A stretch of DNA of 26,150 bases from a virus (lineage: Duplodnaviria > Caudoviricetes). The position numbers were made by a program, and so were the translations under genes. The stretch lies in IMG/VR virus record IMGVR_UViG_3300028594_000087, positions 1-26,150 of that record; one strand, 5' to 3'. A model generated the notes under the pieces. It made no database searches, was not told the origin of the DNA, and saw only the letters and a program-made list of their open reading frames with translations. Shown here one piece after another: positions 24,440 to 26,150 of this stretch (position 1 is its first letter; each line of letters begins with the position of its first letter).

Positions 24440-24712
24440 TTACCTCCTGTATTGATCGAGAATATCGACTACTAACTTCCTGCCCAACTCTCGTTTGATA
24501 TAGATTTTTCTGTCCTTTTGAATCACTGCTTTTTGGAATCTTTCTTCATATAACAAGTGGTCTTTGAAATACTGATAAGTCAGCCCAACTTCTTCTGCGA
24601 ATTCCTTTGGTGTCGTGAATAAACGTTCATCTTGTTTCTGATTAACGATGGACTGTACAATCTCTGCAATCATCGGTTTGAGCTCATCAACTTCTACTAC
24701 TGTTATCGCCAT
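24440..24712 (-). CDS. Excisionase-like / DUF771-like small DNA-binding protein
   Basis: FTTPKEFAEEVGLTYQYFKDHLL...RKIYIKR resembles a MerR/Xis-type winged HTH. Confidence 0.6.
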   Translation of the reverse strand: MAITVVEVDELKPMIAEIVQSIVNQKQDERLFTTPKEFAEEVGLTYQYFKDHLLYEERFQKAVIQKDRKIYIKRELGRKLVVDILDQYRR

Positions 24713-24714
24713 GG

Positions 24715-25218
24715 TTATATCCTCCTTTGCATTTTCAGACGGGCATCTCTGTTCGCATTAAGCTGTTGCGGTGTGAGTCCGTAGTCATTGATTAAGCAAT
24801 TTACAAAGCTAGTACCTTCAAACAGCACATCTTGTAATTCAGCTATCATGAGCTTGAGTCCTTCAAGTTCCTGATCAGTTGTATGTTCAGGATGTTTGTC
24901 TAAACAATTTGCCTTGAGTACGCTCATGAATTCTTCTATCTCACGTTCGATGCGGTACATGAACGCTAGTCTGTGACCATCGTATACTCTGTCTGATGCT
25001 GTTGGTTGTGCGTACCCCTCTGTCATCTCGTACGCCACATCATTGAGCATCTGAGCATCTCTAGTGTTATTCAGTGCTGCACTGTACATCATCTGTGTGA
25101 GTGGTTTCTGTCCGCTTTCCACTCGACTGATGTATGATTTATCAACGTGCAGTTCATTCGCTACATCCTGTTGCGTTAAATTGTTTCTTTTTCTATAACT
25201 TGCAATTACATTCGCCAT
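24715..25218 (-). CDS. XRE-family HTH regulator with helical C-terminal domain
   Basis: RKRNNLTQQDVANELHVDKSYISRVESG; start moved to ATG 25218 after GGAGG. Confidence 0.88.
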   Translation of the reverse strand: MANVIASYRKRNNLTQQDVANELHVDKSYISRVESGQKPLTQMMYSAALNNTRDAQMLNDVAYEMTEGYAQPTASDRVYDGHRLAFMYRIEREIEEFMSVLKANCLDKHPEHTTDQELEGLKLMIAELQDVLFEGTSFVNCLINDYGLTPQQLNANRDARLKMQRRI

Positions 25219-25234
25219 GAATTGTCCTCCAGTC

Positions 25235-25287
25235 ATCAATTTCTAATTGATTGTTGATTTGATTAGTCGTTATACTCTATTTAGAGT
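25235..25287 (+). promoter_or_regulatory. Counter-oriented sigmaA-like promoter with overlapping palindromes
   Basis: TTGATT (25247-25252)-N18-TATACT (25271-25276); inverted repeats ATCAATT-tct-AATTGAT (25235-25251) and ACTCTA-tt-TAGAGT (25274-25287). Confidence 0.6.
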
Positions 25288-25360
25288 TAATTAAGTTAGT
25301 CGCATAACTGATAACTCATTGGTAAGGCTAGTTGGTCGCTAGTCCTTACCGCCTTCTATT
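25283..25360 (+). ncRNA. Candidate two-hairpin sRNA antisense in trans to the rinA start region
   Basis: Hairpin 1 GAGTTA..AGTTA-GTCGCA-TAACT..TAACTC; hairpin 2 GGTAAGG-CTAG-TTGGTCG-CTAG-T-CCTTACC; 25296-25319 matches 16189-16212 at 22/24. Confidence 0.6.
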
Positions 25361-26090
25361 CAGCTGTCCGTTCCTCTTCGGATTCAGCTAACTCTAGAGT
25401 TATTTGTCTTGTTTTCATTAATGTTGCTGTAGACGGTGTCCACTGATTGATAAAGTCGATAACAATATTGAAATATTTTTGTCTTAACTGAGTTCTAGTT
25501 TTGATATCAGCTACATCATTCACACCGTGATTAATATCTTTATATAGTGCTGATCTAACTTCTTTAGTGTTCGCTAGTGCAAAAGCATTGATAGTATTAG
25601 CAACCGTTCTATTTACTTGTCTTGAAATATAGGAATACTCCCCTGCTTCAAGCTTCACTTCTTCTTTTAAATAAGTGACATCTTTCTCAACTGTTTCTAC
25701 TCTTTCAGAAGTTTCTTTTAATGCTTTAAATTGAAGTTCCAACATTTCCATTGGACTTTTAGGTTCTTCATACTTCCCTGTCTTTCTGATTTGTGGTAAA
25801 ACTTCAGAAGTTACCCACTTTTTAAAACGTTTTGCAGATTCTAGTTGGCTACCAAAAATAAGAGCATATAATCCAGATTCATTGATGATGTATGTTTTTC
25901 TCATTTGACCTGAGTCGGTGATTCCCCTACTCAGCTTATCTTCTGTATCAACATGTCTTTTTAAAGCATCACTTGTATCCTTGTAACCTAAAACTTTCGC
26001 TACATCTTTTCCGACAAAATATGGTTCATCTTCGATAGTCAAAGTTCTTACATTATTTTCTTCAAAATTAAATACTTGTAATTTATTCAT
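25356..26090 (-). CDS. ant: Phage antirepressor (BRO-N + ORF6C-like domain)
   Basis: PYFVGKDVAKVLGY, INESGLYALIFGS and AKRFKKWVTSEVLPQIRKTG; C-terminal ALYKDIN...FINQWTPS. Confidence 0.93.
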   Translation of the reverse strand: MNKLQVFNFEENNVRTLTIEDEPYFVGKDVAKVLGYKDTSDALKRHVDTEDKLSRGITDSGQMRKTYIINESGLYALIFGSQLESAKRFKKWVTSEVLPQIRKTGKYEEPKSPMEMLELQFKALKETSERVETVEKDVTYLKEEVKLEAGEYSYISRQVNRTVANTINAFALANTKEVRSALYKDINHGVNDVADIKTRTQLRQKYFNIVIDFINQWTPSTATLMKTRQITLELAESEEERTAE

Positions 26091-26107
26091 TTGTTACTTC
26101 CTTTCTT

Positions 26108-26150
26108 TGCTATACTCACCTTAGGAAGGTGGTGAACTATTTGGATAAAG
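26108..26150 (+). promoter_or_regulatory. Promoter, RBS and TTG start of a plus-strand gene running off the right end
   Basis: TG-C-TATACT (26108-26116), AGGAAGGTGGTGA, then TTG GAT AAA at 26141. Confidence 0.6.

Larger units (their letters stand above)
1..26150 (-). mobile_element. Temperate siphovirus / prophage segment (early-lytic, replication, late regulation, head and tail modules); both ends lie outside the window
   Basis: Co-oriented, tightly packed genes in canonical siphovirus order; antirepressor suggests a temperate lifestyle; no integrase, cI, lysin or att site in window. Confidence 0.97.

Noticed and set aside
25263-25350. Mini-CRISPR array from thrice-repeated TT(A/G)GTCG
   Set aside because: Repeat is only 7 nt and no cas genes are present; treated as a possible operator or RNA motif

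Overview
The whole window is the middle of a temperate siphovirus (prophage or phage) of a low-GC Firmicute. The head and tail-tube proteins resemble Phietavirus-type Staphylococcus phages, so the host is probably a non-aureus Staphylococcaceae member (inference). Almost all genes lie on the minus strand. Read right to left they are: BRO-N/ORF6C antirepressor, XRE regulator, small early genes, ERF recombinase, SSB, HNHc nuclease, replication initiator with internal origin, DnaC-like loader, small accessory genes, trimeric dUTPase, RecU, RinA-type late activator, an AT-rich moron, terS/terL, portal, minor head protein, three small ORFs, scaffold, major capsid, connectors, major tail, tail chaperones, tape measure, Dit and a Tal that runs off the left end. 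The listed plus-strand ORFs appear to be shadows of these genes. The most notable signal is non-coding. A counter-oriented promoter between ant and the XRE gene would make a two-hairpin small RNA whose first hairpin is 22/24 nt complementary to the start-codon region of rinA 9 kb away, a candidate trans-acting 'anti-Q-like' lysis brake. Other structured RNA candidates are a second antisense sRNA, a three-way-junction leader plus two terminators between the late promoter and terS, and a hairpin/pseudoknot cluster ahead of the scaffold gene. All assignments are by eye, without database searches or folding software.
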